From assembly GCA_965247115.1 (NCBI GenBank), contig CBDFGR010000003.1:1312001-1376000 (forward strand): a stretch of 64,000 bases of DNA, given 5' to 3'. Under the pieces are notes generated by a model. That model worked only from the letters and a program-made list of their open reading frames with translations. It made no database searches and was not told the origin of the DNA. The translations under genes were made by a program, and so were the position numbers. This DNA is from Myxococcota bacterium. GTDB lineage: Bacteria > Myxococcota_A > UBA9160 > SZUA-336. Of this stretch, positions 29,683 to 39,113 are shown piece by piece (the stretch's first letter is position 1; the number at the start of each line of letters is the position of its first letter).

Positions 29683-30372
29683 CTACCTACCGACGAGTTC
29701 CTTGATCTCGGGCTCTGCCAAACGTCTGAACTTACGGCCTTCGCGCGAGCGCTCCAGGATTGCAATCTCCAGCACTTGCTCGTCCAGGTCCGCCTCCTCC
29801 GTTCCGTCTCCCGCGGAGGAGAGCGCCTTGCGTCCCAGCACGACCGCCTCGTCCAGACTCAGGGTAGCTTTCCAGCCGTTCTTGAGCACGCCCATGAGCT
29901 CGTCCGGGTCGCCGCCGATCGACACGAAGTGGTCGTGGTCCGTCAGGCTGCCGTCATACAGGATGCGGTAGAACGACACGGAATCGTCGCCGATCTCGGA
30001 AACGAGGATCTCGACCTCGAGGGACTTCATCTCGCGCGTGAAGATCGACCCGAGGACAGTCGAGTACTCGTTCGCCAGGCTCTTTCCCGACACGTCTTCC
30101 CGGGAGTAGGAATAGCCCTGCATGTCCGCGTAGCGAATCCCCGCCTTCCGCAGGTTCTCGTACTCGTCCAGCTTCCCGACGCCCCCGAACGCGATGCGAT
30201 CGTAGATCTCGGCGATCTTGCGCAGGCCCGAGCTGCGGTTCTCCGCCAGCATGACGACTCCGCCCTCGTACTCGAGCGCGACCATCGGTCGGCCGCGGCT
30301 GATCCCCTTGCGCGCGTACTCGGCCTTCTCCTGGTAGTGCTGCTCCGGCGAGATGTAGAAGGGAGAACTCAC
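29683..30372 (-). CDS. prcA: 20S proteasome alpha subunit
   Basis: PFYISPEQ..KAEYARKGISRGR, KIAEIYDRI and GIRYADMQGYSYSREDV, as in actinobacterial PrcA. Confidence 0.96.
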   Translation of the reverse strand: MSSPFYISPEQHYQEKAEYARKGISRGRPMVALEYEGGVVMLAENRSSGLRKIAEIYDRIAFGGVGKLDEYENLRKAGIRYADMQGYSYSREDVSGKSLANEYSTVLGSIFTREMKSLEVEILVSEIGDDSVSFYRILYDGSLTDHDHFVSIGGDPDELMGVLKNGWKATLSLDEAVVLGRKALSSAGDGTEEADLDEQVLEIAILERSREGRKFRRLAEPEIKELVGR

Positions 30373-30375
30373 AAT

Positions 30376-31158
30376 CTAGGTCTCTCCCCGCCGCTCGATG
30401 ACCCGGTGGTAGCCGGCGAGAAGGGACTCCTCCGACACGTCTTCGACAGTGCCGTCCGTAACGAGCTTGCAGATCGGATAGATCTTGCGAACGATGTCGA
30501 AACCGCCGGTCGCCCGATCTTCGTCCGCTGCGTCCACGAGCGCCTCGACGGCCGCCTCGACAGCGTTCTCCACGGAGAAGTCGCGGTGGCGGAACGTCTT
30601 CTTCAGGCTGGAGCGAGCGTCTTTGCCGCCAGAGCCCGTCGCGTAGTAGTCCTCTTCGCTGTAGCGCCCGCCCGTGATGTCGAACTTGTAGATCCGACCA
30701 CGGCCCTTCTGGTGGTCGTAGCCACAGAAGAGCGGCATCACGACCAGGCCCTGCATCGCGGCCGGTAGGTTCTGCCGCAGCAGAAAGGAGAGCCGGTTCG
30801 CCTTTCCTTCGAAGGTCAGGGCCTTGTCCTCGAGCTTCTGGTAGTGCTCGAGCTCGAGACGGAACACCTTCATCATCTCGACCGCGGGGCCAGCCGCACC
30901 CGCGATGGCCATGAGACAGGTTTCGTCGATCTTGAACACCTTCTCGATGTCGCGCGCACCGACCTGGCTGCCTTCGGTCGCCAGGCGGTCGCCGGCCATC
31001 AGCACGCCATCCTCGTACACGAGCGACAGAACGGTCGTCGCCACGGGCAGCTCGAGTCCGGTCCAATCACCGCGATCAAAGTCTGGCAGCAGCGCCGGAT
31101 GATCGACCCGAAGGAACTCCAGAAAGCTCGAGCCTGAGTAGGTCTGGCCCTTGAACAC
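30376..31158 (-). CDS. prcB: 20S proteasome beta subunit with 40-aa propeptide
   Basis: SSFLEFL propeptide box; mature TTVLSL with Thr1, Asp17 and Lys33 correctly spaced; LELEHYQKLE, GSGG and DAADEDRATGG. Confidence 0.96.
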   Translation of the reverse strand: MFKGQTYSGSSFLEFLRVDHPALLPDFDRGDWTGLELPVATTVLSLVYEDGVLMAGDRLATEGSQVGARDIEKVFKIDETCLMAIAGAAGPAVEMMKVFRLELEHYQKLEDKALTFEGKANRLSFLLRQNLPAAMQGLVVMPLFCGYDHQKGRGRIYKFDITGGRYSEEDYYATGSGGKDARSSLKKTFRHRDFSVENAVEAAVEALVDAADEDRATGGFDIVRKIYPICKLVTDGTVEDVSEESLLAGYHRVIERRGET

Positions 31159-31160
31159 TC

Positions 31161-31367
31161 CTACTCGCCCCCTCTCTGCACGTAGTTCTTAACGAACTCT
31201 TCCGCGTTCTCCTCGAGGACCTCGTCGATCTCGTCCATCAAGGAGTCCATCTCTTCTTTGAGCTCCTCGCCCTTCTTGGCGATCTTCTTCTGCCCGCCTG
31301 AGTCGGCGGACTCGGAGGCATCGGAACCGTCGCCTCCCTGCCGCTGCTTCTGGGTCTGATCGCTCAT
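31161..31367 (-). CDS. pup: Prokaryotic ubiquitin-like protein Pup (ends GGE)
   Basis: Disordered N-terminus followed by DSLMDEIDEVLEENAEEFVKNYVQRGGE; lies between dop and prcB. Confidence 0.96.
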   Translation of the reverse strand: MSDQTQKQRQGGDGSDASESADSGGQKKIAKKGEELKEEMDSLMDEIDEVLEENAEEFVKNYVQRGGE

Positions 31368-31377
31368 GCTTCTCTCC

Positions 31378-32862
31378 TCACGCCGTCAGATTGCGAACGA
31401 GGTCCTCCGCCGAGGGGCTGGCATCCAGAAGCTCCTCCACGTGCGACTTCGTTCCCTTCAACGGCTCGTTCATCAGGATCCGCTTGATGACCTCGTCTCC
31501 CACGTTGAAGGAGATCGAGTCCCAATTGACTCCGAACACCGATCCAGGATAGCGCCGAATGCACTCGCCCCGAAAGAAGGCTCGCGTGTCGTCCGGAGGC
31601 GCGTGGATGGCCCGTTCGACGGCCTCGTCGTCAATGATCCGGTCGACATCTCCGCGCCGCTCGAGCAGATGGTAGAGCCCCTTGTCCGGGCGCACGTCGT
31701 GGTACTGCAGGTCGAGCATCGCCACTCGGGGGCTGTTCCAGTCGAGCTCGTGCTTGTTCACGTACTCGCTGATCAGCTTGTGCTTGATCACCCAGTCCAC
31801 TTCGCGATCGCACTGGAACGGATCCTCGGCGATCCTCTCGATCAGAGATTCCCAGCGGGTCAGCACGTCCTTGGTGATGGGATCGATCTCGCGCGAGCTA
31901 AAGTATCGCAGCGCCATCTCCAGGTACTCCTGCTGCACCTGGGCGGCGGTCAGGCGTCCGCCCCGATCCATGGGGTACTCGCGCCTACAGTCGATGTCGT
32001 GCGAGATCTCCTTGACGACTTTCACGTGGTCGCACATGGAGACGTTCCTGTCGATCGCGCCGTCCTCGATCAAGCCCAGCACGATCGCTGTGACCCCCAA
32101 GCGGACGTAGATCGAGACCTCGGAAAGGTTGGAGTCCCCGATAATCACGTGGAGCCTGCGGTACTTCTCCCGGTCGGCATGCGGCTCGTCGCGGGTGTTG
32201 ATGATGGGACGCTTGACCATCGTGTCGAGGGCCACCTCGGTCTCGAAGAAGTCCGCACGCTGGGCGATCTGGTACTCGCACGGAGCCGCGCGATTCTCGC
32301 TCCCCACCTTGCCAGCCCCGCAGAAGATCTGCCTCGTCACGAGGAACGGAGTCAGGTACTCGACGATGTCCTTGAACGGGGTGCGCCGGCTGATCAGGTA
32401 GTTCTCGTGATTGCCGTAGGAGTTGCCCTTACGATCGCTATTGTTCTTGTGGATCAGCAGCGTCTGGCCCGGTGGCAGGAGTGCCGTAGCGGCCCTGCGA
32501 GCCGTCTCCATGGTGCGTTCCCCCGCCCGCTCGTAGGCCAGCAGGTCGAGGAGGTTCGTCACCTCAGGCGTCGAGTACTCGGGGTGCGCATGGTCAACGT
32601 AGAAGCGCGCGCCGTTCTTCAGTGTCTTGTTACGGGCGATGTTCTCATGCTGGTTCGGCGTGTACTTCTCGCCCTCGACGTGGAAACCTCGCGCGTCTGC
32701 TAGAGGATTCTCCTGGTCGTAGTCCCACAGGATCTGCGCATCCTTGTTGTCCTGGTAGGCGTTGACGAGAAGTACGCAGCTGGAGATCGGATCGAAGTCC
32801 GGGTCTCCCTGAACGGTGATCCCGTACTCGATCTCGGTGCCAAATACACTCGGAGGCGGCAT
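31378..32862 (-). CDS. dop: Depupylase/deamidase Dop
   Basis: GTEIEYGI, Dop loop WDYDQENPLADARGF, NGARFYVDHAHPEYSTPE, KNNSDRKGNSYG and NWDS motifs. Confidence 0.95.
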   Translation of the reverse strand: MPPPSVFGTEIEYGITVQGDPDFDPISSCVLLVNAYQDNKDAQILWDYDQENPLADARGFHVEGEKYTPNQHENIARNKTLKNGARFYVDHAHPEYSTPEVTNLLDLLAYERAGERTMETARRAATALLPPGQTLLIHKNNSDRKGNSYGNHENYLISRRTPFKDIVEYLTPFLVTRQIFCGAGKVGSENRAAPCEYQIAQRADFFETEVALDTMVKRPIINTRDEPHADREKYRRLHVIIGDSNLSEVSIYVRLGVTAIVLGLIEDGAIDRNVSMCDHVKVVKEISHDIDCRREYPMDRGGRLTAAQVQQEYLEMALRYFSSREIDPITKDVLTRWESLIERIAEDPFQCDREVDWVIKHKLISEYVNKHELDWNSPRVAMLDLQYHDVRPDKGLYHLLERRGDVDRIIDDEAVERAIHAPPDDTRAFFRGECIRRYPGSVFGVNWDSISFNVGDEVIKRILMNEPLKGTKSHVEELLDASPSAEDLVRNLTA

Positions 32863-32889
32863 GCCCTGGAAACCGACCCTTCCCGTCCC

Positions 32890-34710
32890 CTAGAGATACT
32901 GCCCGGAGCCGCCCACGTTCTCGATTGCCTGCTCCTTGCGGCTGATCCCTGTGATCAGAGTCCGAACGTTGATGATCCGCTCGCCCTTGCGACCCGAGAT
33001 TCGCGCCCAGTCGTCCGGATTCGTGGTGTTGGGAAGATCCTCGTTCTCCTTGAACTCCTCGCGAACCGAGTCGAGCATGTCGTCGCGACGGATCCCGCCT
33101 TCACCGGCGGTGATCTGACGCTTCACGGCCTTCTTCTTGGCGCGATCGACGATGTTGCGGAGCATGGCGCCGCTGGAGAAGTCCTTGAAGTAGAAGATCT
33201 CGCGCTCACCCTTGGCGTAGGTCACCTCCAGGAACTTGTTCTCCTCACTCTCCGCGTACATGGTCTCGATCACTTCGTCGATGATCCCTGCTACCGCGCG
33301 GGCAGGGTCGCCGCCGTACTTGGCGAGCTCCTCCGCGTTGAGCGGCAGGTCCGCAGTGAGATACTTGCGGAAGATCTCGCTCGCGCCCGGCCCATCGGGT
33401 CGGTTCACCTTGACTTTGAGGTCCAGCCGTCCCGGCCGAAGCACCGCGGGATCGATCAGATCCTGGCGGTTCGACGCGCCGATCACGATCACGTTCTTCA
33501 GCGACTCGACCCCGTCGATCTCCGACAGGAACTGTGCGACGACGGTCGCCTCCATGTCCGACGAGATCCCCGAGCCTCGCATGCGGAACAGCGAGTCCAT
33601 CTCGTCGAAGAAGATCACGACCGGAACGTCCTCTTCCGCCTTCTCGCGGGCGTTCTTGAAGACCTCGCGGATCTTGTGCTCCGTCTCCCCGACGTACTTG
33701 TTCAGGAGCTCCGGGCCCTTCACGTTCAGGAAGTAGCTCTTGGGATCGACCCCGCGCGTCTCGGCGATCCGCTTCGCGAGCTCGTTCGCAACCGCCTTTC
33801 CAATCATGGTCTTCCCGCAGCCCGGGGGGCCGTAGAGGAGGATCCCCTTTGGCGGGGCCAGGTTGTACTTCTTGAACTCGTCCGTATAGAGATACGGCAG
33901 CTCGATGGCGTCCCGCAGGACCTCGATCTGGTCGCCGAGCCCGCCGATATCCTCGTAGTTGACGTCCGGTACCTCCTCGAGCACCACCTGGTCGACGGTA
34001 GACTTCGGGAGCTTCTCCACGCCAAAGCCGTTGCGCGGATTGACGAGGACGTTGTCGCCAGCCTTGAGCTTCTCTCGCCGCATCGGCAGCGAGAGCGTGA
34101 TGACGCGCTCTTCGTCGGCGTGGCCCAGCACAATGAGACGACCGTCTCCCAGTACCTCCGAGACCTGCATGACTTCGCCCCGAGGGTCGAAGTCCGTCGA
34201 GTCCACGATGTTGAAGGCCTCGTTCAGCACGATCAGCTGGCCTTCCATCAGATCCTCGACGCGGACGTTCGGATGCGCGTTCACGCGCATCATCCTGCCG
34301 TCGACGTTGATCTCTACGGTTCCATCCTTGTTGGAACGCTCGTACACGCCGTAGGTATTCGGGGGCGCGCAAAGCTTGTCGACCTCTTGCTTCAGAAGAT
34401 CGATCTGCTGCTTCGCGTCCTGTAGCGCGTTCACGAGCTTCTCGTTCTGCCGCTCCGCGTCGTAGAGCTGGTGACGGGCGCGGTCGTAGCGCTGTCGCTG
34501 TAGCTCGTACTCCATGAGAAAGCGCTCGATGCGTCTGACCAGGTCCCGAGCCTCGGGACCCAGGAAACGCAGCGCGTCACGCAGGCTCTCGATATCAGTC
34601 ATCTCTTCCTGCGCGCTCGCGTCGGATTCCTGCTCTCGTGAACCCGGCGATGAGATTCGCTTCATCACGTCTCGAACGAAGCCTCTTCTCCCTGAACCTG
34701 ACTCGCTCAT
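32890..34710 (-). CDS. arc: Proteasomal AAA ATPase ARC/Mpa
   Basis: N-terminal coiled coil and PP linker, OB domains, GPPGCGKT, KGPELLNKYVGE, FFDEMD, ENEDLPNTTNPDDWARISG and C-terminal GQYL. Confidence 0.97.
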   Translation of the reverse strand: MSESGSGRRGFVRDVMKRISSPGSREQESDASAQEEMTDIESLRDALRFLGPEARDLVRRIERFLMEYELQRQRYDRARHQLYDAERQNEKLVNALQDAKQQIDLLKQEVDKLCAPPNTYGVYERSNKDGTVEINVDGRMMRVNAHPNVRVEDLMEGQLIVLNEAFNIVDSTDFDPRGEVMQVSEVLGDGRLIVLGHADEERVITLSLPMRREKLKAGDNVLVNPRNGFGVEKLPKSTVDQVVLEEVPDVNYEDIGGLGDQIEVLRDAIELPYLYTDEFKKYNLAPPKGILLYGPPGCGKTMIGKAVANELAKRIAETRGVDPKSYFLNVKGPELLNKYVGETEHKIREVFKNAREKAEEDVPVVIFFDEMDSLFRMRGSGISSDMEATVVAQFLSEIDGVESLKNVIVIGASNRQDLIDPAVLRPGRLDLKVKVNRPDGPGASEIFRKYLTADLPLNAEELAKYGGDPARAVAGIIDEVIETMYAESEENKFLEVTYAKGEREIFYFKDFSSGAMLRNIVDRAKKKAVKRQITAGEGGIRRDDMLDSVREEFKENEDLPNTTNPDDWARISGRKGERIINVRTLITGISRKEQAIENVGGSGQYL

Positions 34711-34904
34711 GTACCTTCCTCAGCATTGGCCGATATCCGCTGCGCGACACGATCTTTCGCGCCAGCTTTCGCCGTAAACTGGATGCTTCTGCAATCGACG
34801 TACCAAAGAGAGCTGGCCTCTGTGGGGAAGGGAATCGGTACCTCTCGTGCAGACACGAGGAGAGGCTCGGCACCCGGGCGTCCCCTCGCTCCACCCCGAT
34901 CCGA

Positions 34905-35078
34905 GCAAAACAATAAGGAAAAAACGGGAGTTTGCCCGCTCCCAGTCACCTGGATTGCGCATTCGGGGCCGCCCTGGCGGAGCGTACACTCCCGTGCAGC
35001 GGCACGAGGTCTCTCTTGCGCCGCCAGGGACGTTGGGCTCGAATCGGAAATCATGTGTAAAAACACAAGCTTAGACCA
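34905..35078 (-). ncRNA. Putative structured leader or sRNA upstream of the Pup-proteasome operon
   Basis: Lies between a sigma70 promoter and a terminator-like hairpin; contains a long imperfect stem (CGUCCCUGGCGG/CCGCCAGGGCG, CUCGUGC/GCACGGG). Confidence 0.45.
34915..34944 (-). terminator. Intrinsic terminator-like hairpin in the arc leader
   Basis: UGGGAG-CGGGCAAA-CUCCCG followed by UUUUUU; the stem is short. Confidence 0.5.
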
Positions 35079-35084
35079 CTGATG

Positions 35085-35113
35085 AGATTAACTGGAGATG
35101 TCTGGCGTGTCAA
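35085..35113 (-). promoter_or_regulatory. sigma70-type promoter ~375 nt upstream of arc
   Basis: TTGACA-N17-TAATCT on the minus strand. Confidence 0.72.
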
Positions 35114-35391
35114 CGGACCACACCCGGCAGCTCCCGACAAAAGCCTTTGATTCTGCGCAGTTTCCCGACTGCAAGGGGCCTCGATCCGAGCCACAGGGCG
35201 CCCGCGCCTTTTCGCGCCACGCCGACGGATCATTGACGGCGATGCGTCGAGTATCCGCCACTATCGTCGCGACCGTTGCTTGCAGGAGAGGTGCGCACGT
35301 CGCTGCCCCACTCGCTGTTCTTGGACTCGTTTGACGAAGGCCGGGGCTGCAGGGATTCACGGGAGTTGCACACGTGTGAACGGGGACGAGC

Positions 35392-36063
35392 TCAGCGCAG
35401 GTCGATGATCTCGGTTCCCTCGGGAACCCTGATGTCGAAGCTCGAGTCATCGACACCCACGTTCTCCTCGATCGAAGCGAAGCGAATACTCGTCCGGTTC
35501 TTGAACAGGTCCACCAGCACGGACTCGCGCAGCTGGTAGGTCTCGCGATTGACCCACAGCTCGATGAACTCGAAGCTGGATTCCTGGCGTGGATCCAGCC
35601 GGAGACCGAGCTCCGCCCGCTCGTCCGCGTCGATCGCGACCGCCGTGAAGAGCTCGCGCAACACGCCCTCACCGAGCAGGAAGGACAGCGCCGTCGGCGA
35701 CACGGTGCCCTCTGCCAGACCCGCGATCTGCAGCTGCTCATCCTGCGGGCTATAGATGCGCAGCGTCTGGGCGTTCAAGACGATCACGCGCTCGTCCGGA
35801 GGCGAGTACGCCCAGCGAATCAGGCCCGGGCGCTTCATCGTGACGCGGCCGTCCGAGCGGCTCTCGCTGCCGAGAGCTGCGGTGTAGCTCGTCTGCACGA
35901 AGCCGGCAGAGAGATCGGTGATGCCGTCGTAGCGCGCCTGGATAGCATCGAGCGCGGCTGTGGTCGGCTCTTCCGTGGCGCCGTTCCCGAGCAGTCCCAG
36001 GACGAGCAGCAGAGCGAGCCGCCTAGCGGGTGTCTTCCTCCGTGGGACGCACGAAGATGTCAC
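35392..36063 (-). CDS. lolA: Outer-membrane lipoprotein carrier LolA (start uncertain)
   Basis: LSAGFVQ, KRPGLIRWAY..P and F...PEGTEIID motifs; ftsK-lolA synteny. Confidence 0.85.
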   Translation of the reverse strand: MTSSCVPRRKTPARRLALLLVLGLLGNGATEEPTTAALDAIQARYDGITDLSAGFVQTSYTAALGSESRSDGRVTMKRPGLIRWAYSPPDERVIVLNAQTLRIYSPQDEQLQIAGLAEGTVSPTALSFLLGEGVLRELFTAVAIDADERAELGLRLDPRQESSFEFIELWVNRETYQLRESVLVDLFKNRTSIRFASIEENVGVDDSSFDIRVPEGTEIIDLR

Positions 36064-38317
36064 GTGCCTTCGTTCCTTCCTGCGGGCCGACGATTCCCTC
36101 CGCCTCCATGTGCTCCACGATGCGCGCCGAGCGGTTGTAGCCGATCTTGAGCTTGCGCTGAATGAAGGAGATCGAGGCGATCCTGTGCGTGGCGACGATA
36201 TCGACAGCAGCGTCGAACAGCTCGTCGATCTCGTCGCCCCGTTCCTCTCGCTTCTCACTCTCCTCCTTGAGACGAATCAGGGACGGATCGAATTCTGGCG
36301 AGGCCTGCTCGCGCAGATAGTCGCAGACGGCCGCGATCTCCTTCTCGGAAACGTAAGGCCCGTGAATACGCTCCAGCTTCGACGTGCCCGGCGGCACATA
36401 GAGCATGTCGCCCATTCCGAGCAGTCTCTCCGCGCCGTTCGAGTCGAGGATGGTCCGGGAGTCCGTGCGCGAGCTCACCTGGAAGGAAATGCGCGATGGA
36501 AAATTCGCCTTGATGATCCCCGTGAGGACGTCAACAGACGGGCGTTGGGTGGCCAGGACCAGGTGGATCCCCGCCGCGCGTGCCATCTGCGCCAGGCGGA
36601 TCAGCGACTCTTCCACATCACGCGAGGCAACGATCATCAGATCCGCCAGCTCGTCGACGACGACCGCGATATAGGGCATGGCGTGGGGAACGATGTCGTC
36701 GTCGGCCTCCAGGCGCGCCTGAGCCCGCTCGCGCGCGACGTGCTTGTTGTACTGCTGGATGTTCCGCACGCCAAGCTCGGCCATGAGCGCGTACCGTTCC
36801 TCCATCTTGTGGACGATGCCGAGCAGCGCGGCTGCGGCCCGCTTGGGGTTGGTCACCACCTCTGCAATGAGGTGGGGAATCCCCTGGAAGGGGGCAAACT
36901 CGAGCATCTTGGGATCGATCAGGAGCAGCTTGAGCTCGTCGGGGCGCGCGCGAAACACCAGGCTACAGAGCAGCGCCGACAGAAAGACGGACTTTCCGGT
37001 ACCGGTGGCGCCGGCGATCAGCAGGTGCGGCATGGTCGCGAGGTCCGTCGTGACCGGGCTGCCAAAGATGTCCTTGCCGAGTGCCAGCTCGAGCCTCGAC
37101 TCCGATTCCTGGTAGCTCGGATGGCCCATCACGTCGCGCAGCATGACAACGTCGCGCTCCGCATTCGGGACCTCGATCCCGACGACGCTCTTGCCCGGAA
37201 TTGGTGCCACGATGCGTACGGCCATGGCGCGTAGCGCCAGCGCAAGGTCGTCGGCCAGGTTCGTGATTCGGGAGACCTTGATGCCGGGCGCGGGCTCGAA
37301 CTCGTACATCGTGATCACAGGTCCGGGATGGACCTTGACCACGCGCCCCAGCACTTGAAAGTCTGCCAGCTTCTTCTCGAGGATTCGCGAGTTCTTGAGC
37401 AGGGCCTCTCGATCGAAGTTCGTGCTCGCATCCGGGCCCAGTGCGAGCAGGTCGAGATCCGGCAGCTTGTACGGTCCGAGTGCGCCGGCTTCGAAAGGAA
37501 GCGCCTCTTGCCGCGGCGCCGTCGGCCTCGTCACCCGGTGCTCGACCACTTCTGGCTCGCCAGCAGCTACCGCGCGGCGGGGGAGCACGCGGCGTGCTGT
37601 GAGCCCAGATTCGGGCTCGCCGCTCTCCCCCGCTGCCAGGATGGCACGCTCGGCTCGCTCCTCGGCATAGCGCTCGAGCCGCAGGCGGGCCCGGGCCAGG
37701 CCGACACGCCAGCGCTGAGCCAGCTCCCTCGAGAAGCTGCGCAGAATTCGTTGCGCTCGGAGCAGCGTGTCGCGTGCGGAGCCGCCCGTCGCGATGAGCA
37801 GGCTCGAGAGCAGCGTGATCGAGAGCAGCAGCGTGGCACCCGGCAGATACACCACGCTCCGGAACGCGTCGACGGTCGCGGCACCGAACGAGCCTCCGAG
37901 CCCATCCGGAAGATCTGTTGGCAGCAGCCGCTGCATCGCGTCGAGGCTCGCAGCGACGCTGATCCAGAAGACGCTCCACGCCACAATGGGAACCCAGCGC
38001 GGCCGTACCGGCAGGCCCCGCAGGTAGCGGAGAGCGACCACCAGCGCGGCCACGGGAAGCCCGTGCGACGCCCAGCCCAAGCTTCCTGCGAGGCCGTACG
38101 CGAGAAAGGCGCCGACCGGACCGCAGAGGTTCTCGACTGGCCGACCGAGTCCCCAGAGCGGATCCGCCGAGCTGTAGCTCGCGAGTGCGACCTCGACCAG
38201 GAGTGCGCAAGCGAGCAGGCCCAGCGCCACGACCTCCGCTTCCACGCGCCCCGGCGTCCGCGGCTCTCGGCCGTAGTGACCTCTCTTCGCCCCGGACTTC
38301 TTCGCCTGCCTAGCCAA
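36023..38317 (-). CDS. ftsK: DNA translocase FtsK (4TM N-terminus)
   Basis: PGPVITMYE, MPHLLIAGATGTGKS, VDELADL, ATQRPSVDV and gamma-domain QRKLKIGYNRSAR. Confidence 0.97.
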   Translation of the reverse strand: MARQAKKSGAKRGHYGREPRTPGRVEAEVVALGLLACALLVEVALASYSSADPLWGLGRPVENLCGPVGAFLAYGLAGSLGWASHGLPVAALVVALRYLRGLPVRPRWVPIVAWSVFWISVAASLDAMQRLLPTDLPDGLGGSFGAATVDAFRSVVYLPGATLLLSITLLSSLLIATGGSARDTLLRAQRILRSFSRELAQRWRVGLARARLRLERYAEERAERAILAAGESGEPESGLTARRVLPRRAVAAGEPEVVEHRVTRPTAPRQEALPFEAGALGPYKLPDLDLLALGPDASTNFDREALLKNSRILEKKLADFQVLGRVVKVHPGPVITMYEFEPAPGIKVSRITNLADDLALALRAMAVRIVAPIPGKSVVGIEVPNAERDVVMLRDVMGHPSYQESESRLELALGKDIFGSPVTTDLATMPHLLIAGATGTGKSVFLSALLCSLVFRARPDELKLLLIDPKMLEFAPFQGIPHLIAEVVTNPKRAAAALLGIVHKMEERYALMAELGVRNIQQYNKHVARERAQARLEADDDIVPHAMPYIAVVVDELADLMIVASRDVEESLIRLAQMARAAGIHLVLATQRPSVDVLTGIIKANFPSRISFQVSSRTDSRTILDSNGAERLLGMGDMLYVPPGTSKLERIHGPYVSEKEIAAVCDYLREQASPEFDPSLIRLKEESEKREERGDEIDELFDAAVDIVATHRIASISFIQRKLKIGYNRSARIVEHMEAEGIVGPQEGTKARDIFVRPTEEDTR

Positions 38318-39113
38318 AGACGATCGCTCCCAACCCGAGAAGCGCGCAGTACGCCGCAAAGGGGCGCAGCCTGCGTCGCACGACGACCCACTGCAAGGCC
38401 TTCAAGCACAGGGCTCCGCTGATCAGGGCAGTGCCGAACCCGAGCGTGAGAGGTATCAGCTCGGCACGCACAGCAGCCATGCCGACCCTCGAGACCTCGT
38501 ACAGGTTCGCACCGAGTACGGCGGGTGCGGAGAGCAACATCGAGAACTCGACGGCTGTCTCGGCTCGCACGTCTCTCCAGAGCGCCGTGCCCACGGTGGA
38601 GCCGGACCTCGATAGGCCAGGCAGGACGGCCAGTCCCTGTACCGCGCCGACCCAGAGCGCGTCCGTCACGCGCAGCTCGGCCGCGCCGCGTGTGCGGGCC
38701 CCCCTGCGCTCGGAGAGTACGAGGATCAACGCCGTCCCGAGCAGACAGGCACCCACCAGCGCGGGCTCGGAGTGGACACGACCGACGATGTCGCGCAGTG
38801 CCAGTCCGATGACCGCCGTAGGAAGGCTGCCGATCAGTAGCAAGAGCAGCCAGCGTCGGTCGGTCGGATCCCCCGGTCCCGTGCGCGGAAGAAACGTCCA
38901 CGCTGCGACGGCCAGGCGTCTCACTCGCTCCCGAAGGACCAGCACGATCGCGACTACGGTTCCAAAGTGGACGACCACATCGAACAGCAGGCCTGGTGCG
39001 TCTCGCGGCGCGACGAGGCTCTCCGCAAGAGCGAGATGGCCTGAGGAAGAAACCGGCAGAAACTCGGTCGCGCCCTGCAGAACTCCGAGCGCCAGCGCCT
39101 GAAAAACGGTCAC
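38310..39113 (-). CDS. uppP: Undecaprenyl-diphosphate phosphatase
   Basis: [15 protein letters not shown] and PGLSRSGST motifs; GTG at 39113 with GGAG SD. Confidence 0.95.
   Translation of the reverse strand: MTVFQALALGVLQGATEFLPVSSSGHLALAESLVAPRDAPGLLFDVVVHFGTVVAIVLVLRERVRRLAVAAWTFLPRTGPGDPTDRRWLLLLLIGSLPTAVIGLALRDIVGRVHSEPALVGACLLGTALILVLSERRGARTRGAAELRVTDALWVGAVQGLAVLPGLSRSGSTVGTALWRDVRAETAVEFSMLLSAPAVLGANLYEVSRVGMAAVRAELIPLTLGFGTALISGALCLKALQWVVVRRRLRPFAAYCALLGLGAIVFG

Noticed and set aside
31161..31367. UBact rather than Pup
   Set aside because: Has the Pup helix DEIDEVLEENAEEFV and a GGE end, not the UBact R(S/T)G(E/Q) pattern.
34860..34955. ZTP (pfl) or c-di-GMP-I riboswitch in the arc leader (GUGACUGG and GGGCAAAC fragments)
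   Set aside because: Required partners are missing: no GACUGRCG/CGYCUGGGC pseudoknot pair, and no GAAA-tetraloop/GACGCAAAGC module.
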